NCBI GenBank assembly: GCA_024704765.1 | Contig: JAKMXF010000010.1 | Coordinates: 1 to 57,827, forward strand | Length of the DNA stretch: 57,827 bases | Reading direction: 5' to 3' | Source: Oopsacas minuta | Lineage: Eukaryota > Animalia > Porifera | Part shown: positions 36,701 to 49,630 of the stretch, one piece after another | Position numbering within the stretch: position 1 is the first letter of the stretch | Layout: each line of letters begins with the position of its first letter | Program-made: the position numbers and the translations under genes | The notes under the pieces: generated by a model | Told to the model about the DNA's origin: nothing | The model's input: only the letters and a program-made list of their open reading frames with translations | The model's database searches: none

Positions 36701-37497
36701 CCCTGCTGCAAGTTTCAGCATCTCACCGTCAACCATAGTTTCAATTTTGTTGACCCTACTACAGGCGTACATACACAAACAGCTGAGAGTATATGTGGTG
36801 GTGCGGAGAAACGGCTGAGGAATTGCATGACTACTAACCCCATACTTTTAGATACTCACTTATCTGAAGTTTGTTGGCAGAAAGAATATGGACGAGGTAG
36901 TTTCTCCAACCTTATCATGGAATAAGGAAACAATATCCAGTTGTCTAACTGTTTTGATAGTTATCAGTAACCTGTAATTAGTATCATACTTCTGCTTTGG
37001 TGTTTCTTTTGTAGCAGTACTTGTTATATTGTAGATTTGTAGTTAAAGTAGTAGATAGAAAGCTTAATACTAATTAGTTACTCCAAATATAACTACTACC
37101 CATAGTATTATATCCAGCCATGGGATGTAATATATATATAATATTCTGTCCACTATTATAAGTAGAAATCCATGAAAACTTTGTTCCAACATTACTAAGG
37201 CACCTGGAGAGAAGCTGGATCAATAACTATGCGATTGAATAGTACATGAATTGTTTCTAACATTGATACGAACACAAACGAAAGATCAAAATTGGTTTGC
37301 CAAGGCCGGAATAATACAAATTGAACTACGATTAAAGGAAACAGAATATATGCAAATATTGCGTCATATCGGGAATTCCATTAACTAGGTTCGAATTATC
37401 GATGTCCCACAGTAGAAAATATTCAATGCAATGTTGCACTGTAGAATATTTAGTGTTGCAGACGGAATTATGTAATAACCAGCTTTCCTTTAAAGTA
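33731..37497 (+). repeat. Segmental duplicate of about 15909-19688 (P/THAP 5' half, palindrome 35064-35342, minisatellite 35722-35965, Merlin remnant about 36410-36950)
   Basis: Colinear and near-identical by eye; repeated ORFs in the track (16141/33987, 16966/34776, 17521/35331, 18723/36591). Confidence 0.95.
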
Positions 37498-38812
37498 CAA
37501 GGGGATTTCAAGTAGTTCGTAACCCTAGCTATTGCTATCATTGTTTATCCACATGTATTTACTATTTGCATCTAATTTATAGCTTAGATTTTCGTCTATT
37601 TAGGACACTATACTTTGTGGAAATTGATTTGATATTTTTTGAGATACACCCTTTTGAAGATAGGTTATAGCAACCACAGAGGAATTTATGGCTTCAAAAT
37701 CTAATGAATTTCTACTTGAACAAAGAGCATACATCAAAATCCGCTCATTACTCGGCGATACGCCAAGGAATATCCACCAAGATTTAGTACAGGTATATGG
37801 TGGGGAGGCCTGTTCGGAATCAACCGTTAAGAAGTGGAGTCTACGTTTTCGTGAAGGTAGGGTGTCGGTTGAAGATGACCCTCGGATGGGGCAACCTATA
37901 ATTGCTACCACTGCAAACAATATTGCTCTTGTAGCCGAAATGTGTGACTCTGATCCCCATATTACGATAGAGCAGTTAGCTACCAGCCTAACTTTGTCAA
38001 CGGGAAGTGTTCATGCAATTCTGACCAAGCATCTTGGTATGTCCAAGGTTTGCTCACGTTGGGTCCCATATTTGTTGAATCAGACTCAAAAGAAGACCCG
38101 GGTGAGAATTGCAAAAAAAACTGCTCGAAAAGTATGATCAATGTGATGAGAGGCGACTATTTGAAATATGTACCGGTGATGAGACGTGGATAAGATATTC
38201 AGAGCCAACTCGCAAAGAACAGAACAAGGTATGGATTGTAAAAGGGAGTTCTCCCCCAGCACTACCAAGACCGGATCATTGGGCCACCAAAGTAATGTAC
38301 ACCATATTTTTCGATGCACATGGTCCAGTCTGCCAAATCTGTACTCCTAAGGGGCAAACAGTTACCGGGCACTTTTATGCAACAGTTGTTCTTCCGGAAA
38401 TCGAAAAACATTACATTGAACGTCGGCCAGGGTCTTAGAGAGGAATCAAAATTTTGCATGATAATGCCAGACCGCACAAATCTAAGGAAGTCAAGGAAAA
38501 GATTGCTTCTATAGGTCTTGAGGAATTGGAACATCCACCCTATAGCCCTGACCTAGCACCTTGCGACTTCTGGCTATTCGATGGGCTCAAAAAGCACCTA
38601 GCAGGTACAGTTTTTGGAGAACGGATGCAAATTGGAAGGGCCATCCAACGGTACCTCAGAGACATACCACAAGAAGAGTATAAAAAAACATTTTTCAAGT
38701 GGATAGAGCGTTTAAAGCTTGTAGTTGAGCACAAGGGAGACTACTTTGAACATTTATAGTAGCATTTGAGGCTTATCTCACTTATATAATACAAATATTC
38801 TAAGAGTTACGA
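37498..38812 (+). mobile_element. Mariner (DD34D) element 2, near-intact transposase with two lesions
   Basis: Left TIR caaggggatttcaagtagttcgtaac after TA; ORFs 37688-38137, 38109-38438, 38454-38759 with WVPY, TGDETW, HDNARPH, YSPDLAPCDF; frameshift in the A-run 38113-38120, TAG at 38436; right TIR truncated. Confidence 0.93.
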
Positions 38813-38877
38813 ATTAACCCAGCTAAGACTATGTGAAAAAAGACCACGTAAATGGACTAGGTGGAGTAAAAAATCTT

Positions 38878-39742
38878 GGGGTACGAACATACCCCACTCA
38901 GTATATATTCGCACTTTGTATTTGGGGTACGAACATACCCCACTCAGTATATATTCGCACTTTGTATTTGGGGTACGAATATACCCCACTCAGTATGTAT
39001 TCGCACTTTGTATTTGGGGTTTGAATATACCCCACTCAGTATATATTCGCTCTTTGTATTTGGGGTACGAATATACCCCACTCAGTATATATTCGCACTT
39101 TGTATTTGGGTACGAATATGCCCCACTCAGTATATATTCGCACTTTGTATTTGGGTACGAATATACCCCACTCAGTATATATTCGCACTTTGTATTTGGG
39201 CTACGAATATACCCCACTCAGTATATATTCGCACTTTATATTTGGGTACGAATATACCCCACTCAGTATATATTCGCACTTTGTATTTGGGTACGAATAT
39301 GCCCCACTCAGTATATATTCGCACTTTGTATTTGGGTACGAATATACCCCACTCAGTATATATTCGCACTTTGTATTTGGGCTACGAATAGACCCCACTC
39401 AGTATATATTCGCACTTTATATTTGGGTACGAATATGCCCCACTCAGTATATATTCACACTTTATATTTGGGTACGAATATGCCCCACTCAGTATATATT
39501 CGCACTTTGTATTTGGGGTACAAATATACCCCACTCAGTATATATTCGCACTTTGTAATTGGGGTACAAATATACCCCACTCAGTATATATTCGCACTTT
39601 GTAATTGGGGTACAAATATACCCCACTCAGTATATATTCGCACTTTGTATTTGGGGTACAAATATACCCCACTCAGTATATATTCGCACTTTGTATTTGG
39701 GGTACAAATATACCCCACTCAGTATATATTCGCACTTTGTAT
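38878..39742 (+). repeat. 45/46-bp minisatellite, about 19 units
   Basis: Unit ggggtacgaatataccccactcagtatatattcgcactttgtattt; no unique spacers. Confidence 0.95.
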
Positions 39743-39929
39743 TAAGCTTTAGTGAACCCGACGTAAGCAGAGCTTAAATTCTTGATTCGTTTGGTTGTAG
39801 CCCTTGCATCCACAACTTGCATACAACTTGTTTCACAACCCTTCATTTGCAAGTATGATGTCCATGCAGAAGAACTTGTCCTAAAACATACAGAGAAAGA
39901 CGCATAATATACTGTCTGACGAACAACTT

Positions 39930-40200
39930 AACTGCTTGGCCCTGAAAGTCAATCAGATCGACTTGTCCTCGAGATCCAACTTTGTTTGTCAGTATTGGAT
40001 GAGTACCTTTATTTTTCAGCGATTTTCGGCATTTCTGAAGCTGGCCTTCCTGACAGATTCAGGCAAATGCCATAACAATGTTCCCCGAAAAAGCCTGCAT
40101 TAGTTGAGCAAAGAGTCGATCTCTTCCCAGATGTCTTCCTCCTTTCGAATGAACTATTTTACAGAGATCAAACAACTCCTCTTTAGCGATGGTTCTCAGT
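39930..40200 (-). mobile_element. Ginger2/KRBA2-like integrase remnant
   Basis: Minus frame VHSKGGRHLGRDRLF..FA*ICQEGQLQK..HPILTNKVGSRGQVDLIDFQ: zinc-binding region plus first catalytic D motif. Confidence 0.65.
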
Positions 40201-41454
40201 GGATTAGGTGAGTGTAATTCAAGCAAAAAATTGGTGTTCAGTAACTCTGAACATGAACTTCTTTTTGTTGCTATAGTATCTCTGTCGTTCTGCTCCTTTG
40301 TACTTGGAAAAAGTAAGAGAAAGAATATTCGAATTTCAACAATTTCGTCAGTTGTTACTACAGTTAAAAATGGAGTTGAAACTTCTTAAATACACTGATA
40401 AAATTCATCTTCCCGATGGCACATCTTCACTCAAATTTCGTTGATATGTAACAATGTAATACATTAACTTTCTTGTTGGGCCTCATGTATGTAAAACAAA
40501 TGCAGAAATCACTACCCACAATGTATTTACATATTTAATACTATTTTGGTTCCTTCACGAATTGTGAGTTTATTCATCCAAAGGTTTCGGCGTTAATAAC
40601 TGTTGACGCTAAACAAGTAGACACTTAGTTGACAGTTGACAAGTGTAATATTTTCGTCACAGTTTCAGTCATCACATTTGTAAGCGATCCTCCGCTTTAG
40701 ACAATTGTATCATTGTAAGGATATCGTAATCGAACATTAAAACCAACCATGAGACAGTAAGAAAGCACTTCGCCTGGCGGAACGCGTTTCAGGCATAACC
40801 CGTTTCGCATGCAAATCCATTTCGCCTGCAACATATGCACTAACCAGCTTAAATATTTCAACAAAGCTCAGTATACAATTATATATCCTGGAAATAATTG
40901 AAATCTACGGGTCTCTATCACCACGGTATGTATATTTTGAAATTTTCTGTAAATCCTTTTGATATATTAGCATTTTACATTTGTGCCACATGGCACAACC
41001 CAAATAATGTTTGAGCCACTTCAAAGATTGATAAATATGTTTAAAAACTCGTCATATTCCCAACTATACAAATATTTCCTAATTAGGTTTGAGAATCTCA
41101 AATGGTTTAATTCAGCTTCCCGTTCTGATTCTAGTGATGTGTCACGTCTGCCACAGTTGCACAAAAATTAACATGCAAATAAATCAACGAAATTCGAAAT
41201 TATAATCCTAAGCTAATACAGACCCATAGATTCGAATATACTATCAGAAATGTTCCACCTCATTTGTATCTTGTGCAATTACTAATTGGATATGGAAGTA
41301 GCACATTATCTTTTTAATGAGCAGAGTGTTACTAGAATATAAGTAAATTTCAAAGGCATTCAGAAATTAGGTTAGGATGATGTATACTACAGAGTTATAT
41401 AGTAATATCAGTAATTTTTTCGTATGCTTTCACAAAAATTCGCGTATAGCCGTA

Positions 41455-42330
41455 GTCTATATTATTAAATCTCAATTGTTGTTTGTTTGTTCGTCCGTTG
41501 TCAAGGAAAGGATTTACGGTATGCAATTTTGAAATTATCGCATAACTATTTTTACCGTGTTTATCAAGGAAGTAAATAGAATTCAATAAATCTTCACTAA
41601 ATATATCGAACATGCTGAATCCGATTTTCACACTTTTGGAATAATCATATTTAAATTTATTGTTGTTTTTATGAATAAACAGGAAACAAAATTAGCAAAA
41701 ATTTACCTAGATACCTGCTCTCAACGGCTACAAAGGGAGTTGATATTACTAAATAAGTCAATAATATATACGTATATTTGTGAATAATATTGTTCTAAAT
41801 ACATATATCTATATTATAATACTCAAAGTGGCCATCAATTTGGTGGAGAATAATGGATACCTCGAGACGCAATGGGACGAGCCAAAGGCTCGGAGGTATG
41901 TATATTTGTTATGGGTGATATGAGAAATTGTGGTACAATCATACTTTCAACGACTATACAGGGGTAATCGAGTATGCTGAGTCTGAATATGGTATTGTAA
42001 CAACATCAATATTATTAACTCTCAATTGTTATTTGTATATTTGTCCGTTGATATGTAAATATATTGTTGTTTTATGAATATACAGGAAATAATTAGCAAT
42101 ATCTCAAAATTTACGCTGACACTTGCTCTCAACTGCTACAAAGGGGGTTTGTCTTACAAAGTATTTCAATAATATATGTGCCATATATGTATATTTGTGA
42201 ATTACATCGTATTAAATATATCTATATTGTAATACTCAAAGGAGCCATCAATTTGGAGAATAATGGATACCTCGAGGCGCAATGCGGCGAGTTCATCGCG
42301 AAGCGACGAGCCAAAAGCTCGTATACAATT
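41455..42330 (+). mobile_element. Two adjacent Helitron/Helentron-like repeat copies (41455-41890, 41950-42330)
   Basis: Both carry ggagaataatggatacctcgag...gagccaaa(g/a)gctcg ends and shared internal blocks. Confidence 0.55.
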
Positions 42331-42843
42331 ATATATTTAGTGATGTTGTAGTACTCATGCTCGGGAAGTGTATTTATGAGTGTTCACACCTTTAGAGGCT
42401 AATACATAAATTTGGCATATGTACTCGTAGTGACCTCGAGAAATGCAGCTTACATTAGAAACTTCTAATGTGTATATTTTCACACCTTTCGGAAACTTAT
42501 ATTTTAGCCCAATGAGATTGTGGGGGTTTGCAATTAGGTATATAAATACAAAATCGGTTCTGGTGATGTGTATGTTATTGTATTAGCACTGTAATGTATT
42601 TGAATTTATTGTGGAGTGTAATTCTATAGGTTAATAAAATCATACTAGTGTAAATATACTACTTAGCATATGATTAATCATATTTTCACACCTCTTTATC
42701 AATATTTCGAAATTATCCTTGATATTAGATTTAGGGGTAAACTGTGGCGTAGAATTCGATTCCAGCACTCTCAACTGTATAAAATGATTATTTACACGTA
42801 ATATGATATTTCTTTCTAAAAATTGATATTTAGTAGAATAATA

Positions 42844-43275
42844 GGGGCGGATGCATTAGTCCAAATATTTGGTGATGCTTGCGTTAGTCCAAATCCCAAA
42901 ATCGGCAATATTACAAATTGTTGGTGAATGAATGCATGTATTCACGGGGAATTTCGCCGCGAGGCAATATAGTCATTTACTTTTGTTGTTTTGAATACTC
43001 CAAATACGCTCAGAAACTCACAGCCTGCTCCAGATCCAACTCGAATCCAATCAAACACCACGCCAGTTATCCAAATAGTCTACTGAAATGCTTATCTTCT
43101 CAGCTCAAGCCAATCTAGCTAGATAATCGATGAAAATTGCCAATTCTAGCACCTTCAAACGTGAGTTCTAAATACTCTCAGCAACTCACAGCCTGCTCCA
43201 GATCCAACTCACGCAAACATCACCCAAAGATTGTACTAATGCCGATTTTGATATTTGGACTAACGACGCGACCCC
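42844..43275. mobile_element. MITE with GGGG termini, superfamily uncertain
   Basis: Ends gggg-N8-ttagtccaaatat in inverted orientation; flanking direct repeat gaataata (42836-42843, 43276-43283). Confidence 0.7.
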
Positions 43276-43650
43276 GAATAATAGAGTGATAATAATCTAC
43301 TGAAATTATTTGGTAAAATTTTATTGGCAAAGAGGGTGAATTGATGCTTTGATATTTAGGTCTTAATAAATTTGTTAATCTTTCAAATATTGTCATTTGA
43401 CTACTTAAACATCGGTAGATTCTCCGCTGAGTCCAAATATCAAGAATTTCGATTTGTATAAAATAGGTATTGTATGATTTCAAATTGTATCACAGAAGGA
43501 CACATTAAAATGACAGCCACCGTCAGATGTCATATTAGTTATGGTCTTACATCTAAAAATCCTTAGATAACACCATCCATCTAGTTGTATGGCAAGTTAC
43601 ATGCATTCATGAAATATGGTACAATTCGATAATCGTTTACAAAATATCGC

Positions 43651-44715
43651 CTATATTGTTGGATGAGTAAATATATTAATTGAATTTCCCCAATTATCGC
43701 TAATTATAATATTATTATACAAATCAAAACACAGAAAAATCAATCCTTCTCCATTTTCTAAATTTATGAAACTTTTCAACAAATCACCTGATTTAGAGAA
43801 TATGTGTATATTATTCATCTCATTATTGTCTGCTGCAAATATTATATTATTATTTATTTTGACGTCACGCGGGTGTCTGAGTTTGTCTTTTCCCATTCCT
43901 CTAATATATTTTAAATCAGAGCTGAATACTGCAATTCTATTATTATAAGAATCTGCAACTAACACTTTTCCATTTGTATCAGTTGTTAGACCAACAGGGA
44001 CATTTACACCTTCCTTAACACTCTTAATTAATTTGTAATTTGTTTTAGAGAATTTAAATATAGTACGAAATATCCAATCACTTATAAACACCCATTCGTT
44101 ATGTAATGCTATACCGTATGGAGGATATAGCTGCCCCTTACCAAATTCATGAATGAACTTACCCTCTGTAGAGAAGATCTGTATACTATCATTGTTTTGA
44201 TATGCAGTATAGATCTTATCTCCATCCAGAGCTAGTCCATGAGGGAAATACATTTCTCCTTTCTTATTGCCATAACTCCCAATACTTCTGATGGGCTCTG
44301 TCTTGTTTCTGTAGGGTACAGCTATAACCTGAATAGACCCCAACTTCTCCAGCTGTTTTAGGAGAGAGTCTAGACCCTCAGTATTGAGGGAAGGGGTTGG
44401 GATAGGTGTTTCATTTTCACATTTCTGTATTTCAGCTCTTGTTTGCCTCATCTGTTCTTCTTGAAACTTTACTACTTCGTTCTGCTGAATGCTAGTTTCC
44501 ATTAATTGTTGGATTATCTTCTCCAAGTCTGCTACTTGTTTCTTTCTTGTATTCTCCTTTCTTAGATAGTCCTGCTTGATATCGAACAGCTGGACAAGCA
44601 GCTGATTTCTCCTCTCTGTTGCAATCCTAATTATCTTATCGAACGTGGAATGGATGAGTTGTTCCGCTAGTTCGAAATGGTTGGTAGGAATTTCATCTGG
44701 GTATTTGGTGGCCAT
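43651..44715 (-). CDS. Coiled-coil + NHL-repeat (TRIM2/3/71-like C-terminal) protein, last blade truncated
   Basis: FPHGLALDGDKIY, YPPYGIALHNEWVFISD, PVGLTTDTNGKVLVAD, LRHPRDVKI; diverges from its paralog after INIFT; tataaat about 45 bp upstream. Confidence 0.88.
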   Translation of the reverse strand: MATKYPDEIPTNHFELAEQLIHSTFDKIIRIATERRNQLLVQLFDIKQDYLRKENTRKKQVADLEKIIQQLMETSIQQNEVVKFQEEQMRQTRAEIQKCENETPIPTPSLNTEGLDSLLKQLEKLGSIQVIAVPYRNKTEPIRSIGSYGNKKGEMYFPHGLALDGDKIYTAYQNNDSIQIFSTEGKFIHEFGKGQLYPPYGIALHNEWVFISDWIFRTIFKFSKTNYKLIKSVKEGVNVPVGLTTDTNGKVLVADSYNNRIAVFSSDLKYIRGMGKDKLRHPRDVKINNNIIFAADNNEMNNIHIFSKSGDLLKSFINLENGEGLIFLCFDLYNNIIISDNWGNSINIFTHPTI

Positions 44716-45362
44716 TTGTTTGTTATTCTGTTTATGATTAGTCTCATCTACAGACTGTATTTATACAAATTGCACGTGAATAGAAGTTACAACTAATCCA
44801 ATTCCTTGAACTCTACCACGAGACTATTGTCTCACAGAATTACGGATGTGTTAGGGTTAGGTCAGATAGCTTTCAATGTGTATATTAGTTCCAGTTATAA
44901 CTACCCACATTCCTTGTATAGAATTAGTTGCTATGCTATATCAGCTATCAGTTTCAATTTGTTATTCTAATCATTTCTTGTATTTTCCTCCTTCAAATTT
45001 TGTCGGGAAAAATATGACAATATAGAGTTTCTTATATCATCGGTCAATAAGCCTTCTGAAGCTAATCTCAAATAACATTTCACTTTCGCCACTCTTATAT
45101 TCATCAGAAACTTGTTTCAGTTCCGCATTTAATACACCTGAACATGCATTTTGTCTGGCGGTTCTTTATCATTATCTCATCATTTTGTGAATTGGAAAAT
45201 TGGTTCATTGATTTCATTCACAGAAATATTATAACTGCTAAACTCAAGTTTTGCTATGAGAATTAGTTTTGAGTATGAATAATACTTCCATTGTATTCTA
45301 ACCAGTTTATACAACTTGTAGTTGAAATACATTGAGTAAATGGTGAAATATTGACAATAATG

Positions 45363-45531
45363 CAGGGCCGTATCCATGAAAATTCAAGTGGTCAGGTTGG
45401 ATACAGCACAAACAAGACAAAGTAGTCAGGTTAACTTGTATAACTGGACTAGTTGGTGACATATTGGAAAATAAGCCAGCAAAATCGGTCAGGTTGAAAC
45501 CTAACCAACCGGACCAATGGCTACAGCCCTG
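45363..45531. mobile_element. hAT-type MITE
   Basis: TIRs cagggccgtatcca / tggctacagccctg; TSD degenerate; another right end at about 45840-45870. Confidence 0.65.
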
Positions 45532-46879
45532 CAGTATAGTATATATTATATAAGTGTGACTATAGCCAGTGTTATAATTTTAAGGCGATGATATTATTAA
45601 ATATTGGTCCAGTGTGGGTTAAAGGTATACCCAGAACGTCAGAATGATCTATATCGATCTCAGATAGTAGTTACGTGTTGAGATCAGGTCAATAGTAGGT
45701 CGGAATATAATCATACTCATGTTGTAAAGAAATACAAGAAAAAGCTTGTTAACTAAGAACTTACAACATTACTATGCTCGGGTCTATGTAAACTGATTAA
45801 ATACCGTTAATTAACAATTCGATGAATCCCGAAAATAACCTAACCAACCTGACCAACGGCTACGGCCCTGTAATGACAATATTAGGGCGCTAGCCAAACC
45901 CGGAGTGAGACATATGTGTACAGCTTAGTGCACACTTTTCTGCGACATCTGTATACAAATTTCTGTATACTGTTTAGACATTCAGATCCGTCTATATCTG
46001 TTATACATTTACAAGTATTTTAGGATATCAAATTTTGTTTGAGATAACGAATTTTCAATTAACGGGCATTCGGGATAGCGGGTGTCTGCTTAAAAGTGTG
46101 AAAATTTGAATAAGAGTATATATTTATATTTTTGTGGACTACAGAAGATATTATCACATATAACGTGTTATAATATGATTATATAATTATAGGAGCAGAG
46201 CATTCTACACCTACACACATCTAGCTTAAATACTATCTCTTAAGATTGTAAATACAGGAATAATCTCCCAGGGAAAGATATTAAAGCTCACCGATATTGA
46301 ACACTGTCTCACGGATTGTTTAGGCGCCAGATTAGCATATACAGTGAACTCTATCTATTGGGTAAGTGCTTGGTAGTCGGTCTCATTAATTAGAGCATAT
46401 CAATAAATTTCTCAAGGTATATGTATTGGGGGGAAAATACTCACTATGTGATTGTATGTTCGGCAAAAATTAATAATCACAATTACATATTACATTATTC
46501 ATGGTTTAGGCCAAGGATGTTCAAACGGTAGCCCGAGAGATCTTTGCCTATGACCTTCGTAACATTTGCTTGTATTTTGGGATTGTTCTGTCCTCCAAGA
46601 AACCGTATATTAATTTGTGAAGAAATACTAAGCTTTTAACCTTATTTCTACAGTATTGTCATAACTCTTCTATTCTAGTAAATATAATGTGAGTATAACA
46701 GTTATCTTCAGTATATCAGTAATTACTAAGGATGTATGATGTATTAGGATAAGTAAATTAACATAAAGTCATACACGAACACGGTACTGTTATGAGCTAA
46801 TTAGTTTTTGTCTGATTTGTTTGTATTTCTATTTACTATTTCTTCAGTATTGCTTTAGCATTATTCTATAGTCTTGTAG

Positions 46880-47125
46880 CCGTTTAGAGCAAGCCTATTC
46901 ATAAAACCAACAATATATTTACATATCAACAGACAAACAGCGATATTGCTGATCTTACAATATAATTCAATAACATATATGCCATATACGTATATTTGTG
47001 AATTACATTATTCTAAATATATTTATATTATAATACTCAATGAGACCGTCAATTTGGAGAATAATGGATATACCTCGAGGGGCAATGGGCCGGGTTCATC
47101 GCGAAGCTACGCGTCAAAGGCTCGT
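46880..47125 (+). mobile_element. Partial Helitron/Helentron-like repeat copy
   Basis: Shared family 3' block. Confidence 0.5.
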
Positions 47126-48481
47126 GTATTGTATATTCTATAGAATAGCATTATGGTTATATTATACATAGATTAATATATAATTATAATATACCCATAA
47201 CATTATACACAGAATCAGATATAAGTAGTAGATTAGTTATTTCGTATTTGCTTTACAAACTTTTACTACAAATCTTCATAAAAAACTTACAGGTAAGTTG
47301 GCTTCTATGCCTTGGTGTCTACCCAGCACCTTATTATACAGAAATGAGATTAATTATTGCTTGTTTTCTTTATAAGATATAATTCCTACAAGAAGTGTGT
47401 TTGGATTTACCATAACCATCTTATTGTCATCGTTCTATAACACGCCTTTTTGAATGGCTACCGCTTCCCCATTATGTTTACATAACACCATTCCCTTAGT
47501 AGCATCGTAATTATCACATTTCTACAGGCCTACGAAGACAAATGTTCTGAATTAGCTAGCTATGTACTGGAAATTTCTGAATCTAGAGAGGCTCATTCAA
47601 AGAAATACGGTGTAATTATAGCAGTTGATGGTTACGTCACTTACATCTGAATAAAATGGGCTGAAGTTATGTTTATTCTTTAGATCACATGTGGGTAAAG
47701 TGCGGACCGCATGAGGCCCAAATAAATTTTCTGACACTCTTAACCATCATTGACTTGAGATGAGTATTGCATAGAACAATTCGTTAATGATTATTGTATT
47801 AATTATGATTAATCATATTTTGATAATGTAAATATTGCAGGGCTGTAGGAAGCAAAGAACATTAGTTTGGTGAAAAGTAAACGGAGCGAGCAAACAAAAG
47901 TGAGGTTCTGTGTGGTCTTTCCCTCTAGGGATTTTGACCCTTTCACACACTTAGTCGGAGGTTTAGATGCTGTTTTATGTATTGTAAACACATTCTATTA
48001 GAACATTTGTGTTATGAAATTAGTGAATATACATATATTTTGGAGGTTTACTATTCTACATCTTATCTCCAATGTCACACCTTAGAGCACCTGCTCCTAC
48101 GGCCCTGTATTGTATAACGAATGAAAATATATAAAATCTCGAATTTGTCTCAGTAAATTTCCATAATTTTGACAACAAAATTTCAAGGAAGAAAATACAA
48201 GAAATGATTAGAATAACAAATAGACACTGATAGCTAATATAGCATAGCAACTAACTCTATACAAGGAATGTGAGTAGTTATAACTGGAGCTAATTTACAT
48301 ATTGTAAGCTATCTGACTTAACACATCCATAATTCTGAGACAATAGTCTCGTGGTAAAGTTCAAGGAAATGGGATTTGTTGCAACTTTCTATTTCACCAC
48401 TTGACACCTGAATAATTAACCTACAAACTTGTATAAATACAGTCTGTAAATGAGACAAATCATAAACAGAACAACAAACAA

Positions 48482-49630
48482 ATGGCAACTAAATACCCAG
48501 ATGAAATTCCTACCAATCATTTCGAACTAGCGGAGCAGCTGAACTATTCCACGTTAGAGAACATAATTCGATTGCGACAGAGAGGAGAGATCAGCTGTTC
48601 GATATCAAACATTCCTATCTGAACAAGGAGATGACAAGAAAGAAACAAGTATCAGACCTGGAGAAGCTAATCCAACAATTAATAGAAACTAGCATTCAGC
48701 AGAACCGAGTAGTAAAGTTTCAAGAAAACAGATGAGGCAAACAAGAGCTGAAATACAGAAACACGAAAATGAACCACCTATCCCAATCCCTTGCCTCAAT
48801 ACTGAGGGTCTAGACTCTCTACTAGAACAGCTGGAGAAGTTGGGGTCTATTCAGGATATAGCTGTACCATACAGAAACAAGACAAAGCCCATTAGAAAGA
48901 TTGGGGGTAAGGGCAGTAAGAAAGGGGAGCTGGATATTCCTCGTGGACTAGCTCTAGATGGAGATAAGATCTATATAGCAGATGCAAAGAATAATAGAAT
49001 ACAGATCTTCTCTACAGAGGGTAAGTTCATTCATGAATTTGGTCAGAGGAAACTAGTTTATCCATATGGTATAGCATTACATAACGAATGGGTGTTTATA
49101 AGTAATTTGGGACTTCAAGCTGTATTTAAATTCTCTAAAACAAATTACAAATTAATTAAGAGTGTTAAGGAAGGTGTTAGTGTCTCTCTTGGTCTAACAA
49201 CTGACACAAATGGAGAAGTGTTAGTTGCAGATTCTGGTAATATAATTGCAGTATTCAGCTCTGATTTAGAATATATTAGAGAAATAGGAATGGCAAACTC
49301 ATAAACACGAGTGACGTCAAAATAAATAATAATAAGATATTTGTTGCAGACAATAATGAGATAAATAATATTTACGTATTCTCTAAATCAGGTGATTTAT
49401 TGAAAAGTTTCATAAAATTCGAAAATGGAGGAAGAGAAATTTTTCTGTGTTTTGATTTGTATAATAATATTATAATTAGCTATAATTGGGGAAATTCAAT
49501 TAATATATTTACTAAAGATGGACAGCTGATACACAAAATTAAATGTAATAATCCTACAGGAATAGTTGTTAATAATAACTTTGATATTATTTGTGCTAGT
49601 CATGATGATAATGTAATAAATATATATTAA
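48482..49630 (+). pseudogene. Frameshifted NHL-repeat paralog (inverted duplicate of 43651-44715)
   Basis: ATG at 48482 MATKYPDEIPTNHFELAEQL is identical to copy 1; frameshifts near 48570, 48725 and 49300; retains the full C-terminus ..HDDNVINIY*. Confidence 0.9.

Noticed and set aside
38814-38830. piggyBac end (TTAA-CCC)
   Set aside because: No matching second end or transposase found
38807-39777. CRISPR-like array or repeat-protein ORFs
   Set aside because: Contiguous 45/46-bp units without unique spacers, no cas genes, eukaryotic context; the overlapping ORFs in all frames are repeat artefacts
42735-42775. tRNA-like B-box ttcgattcc
   Set aside because: No A-box or cloverleaf could be built
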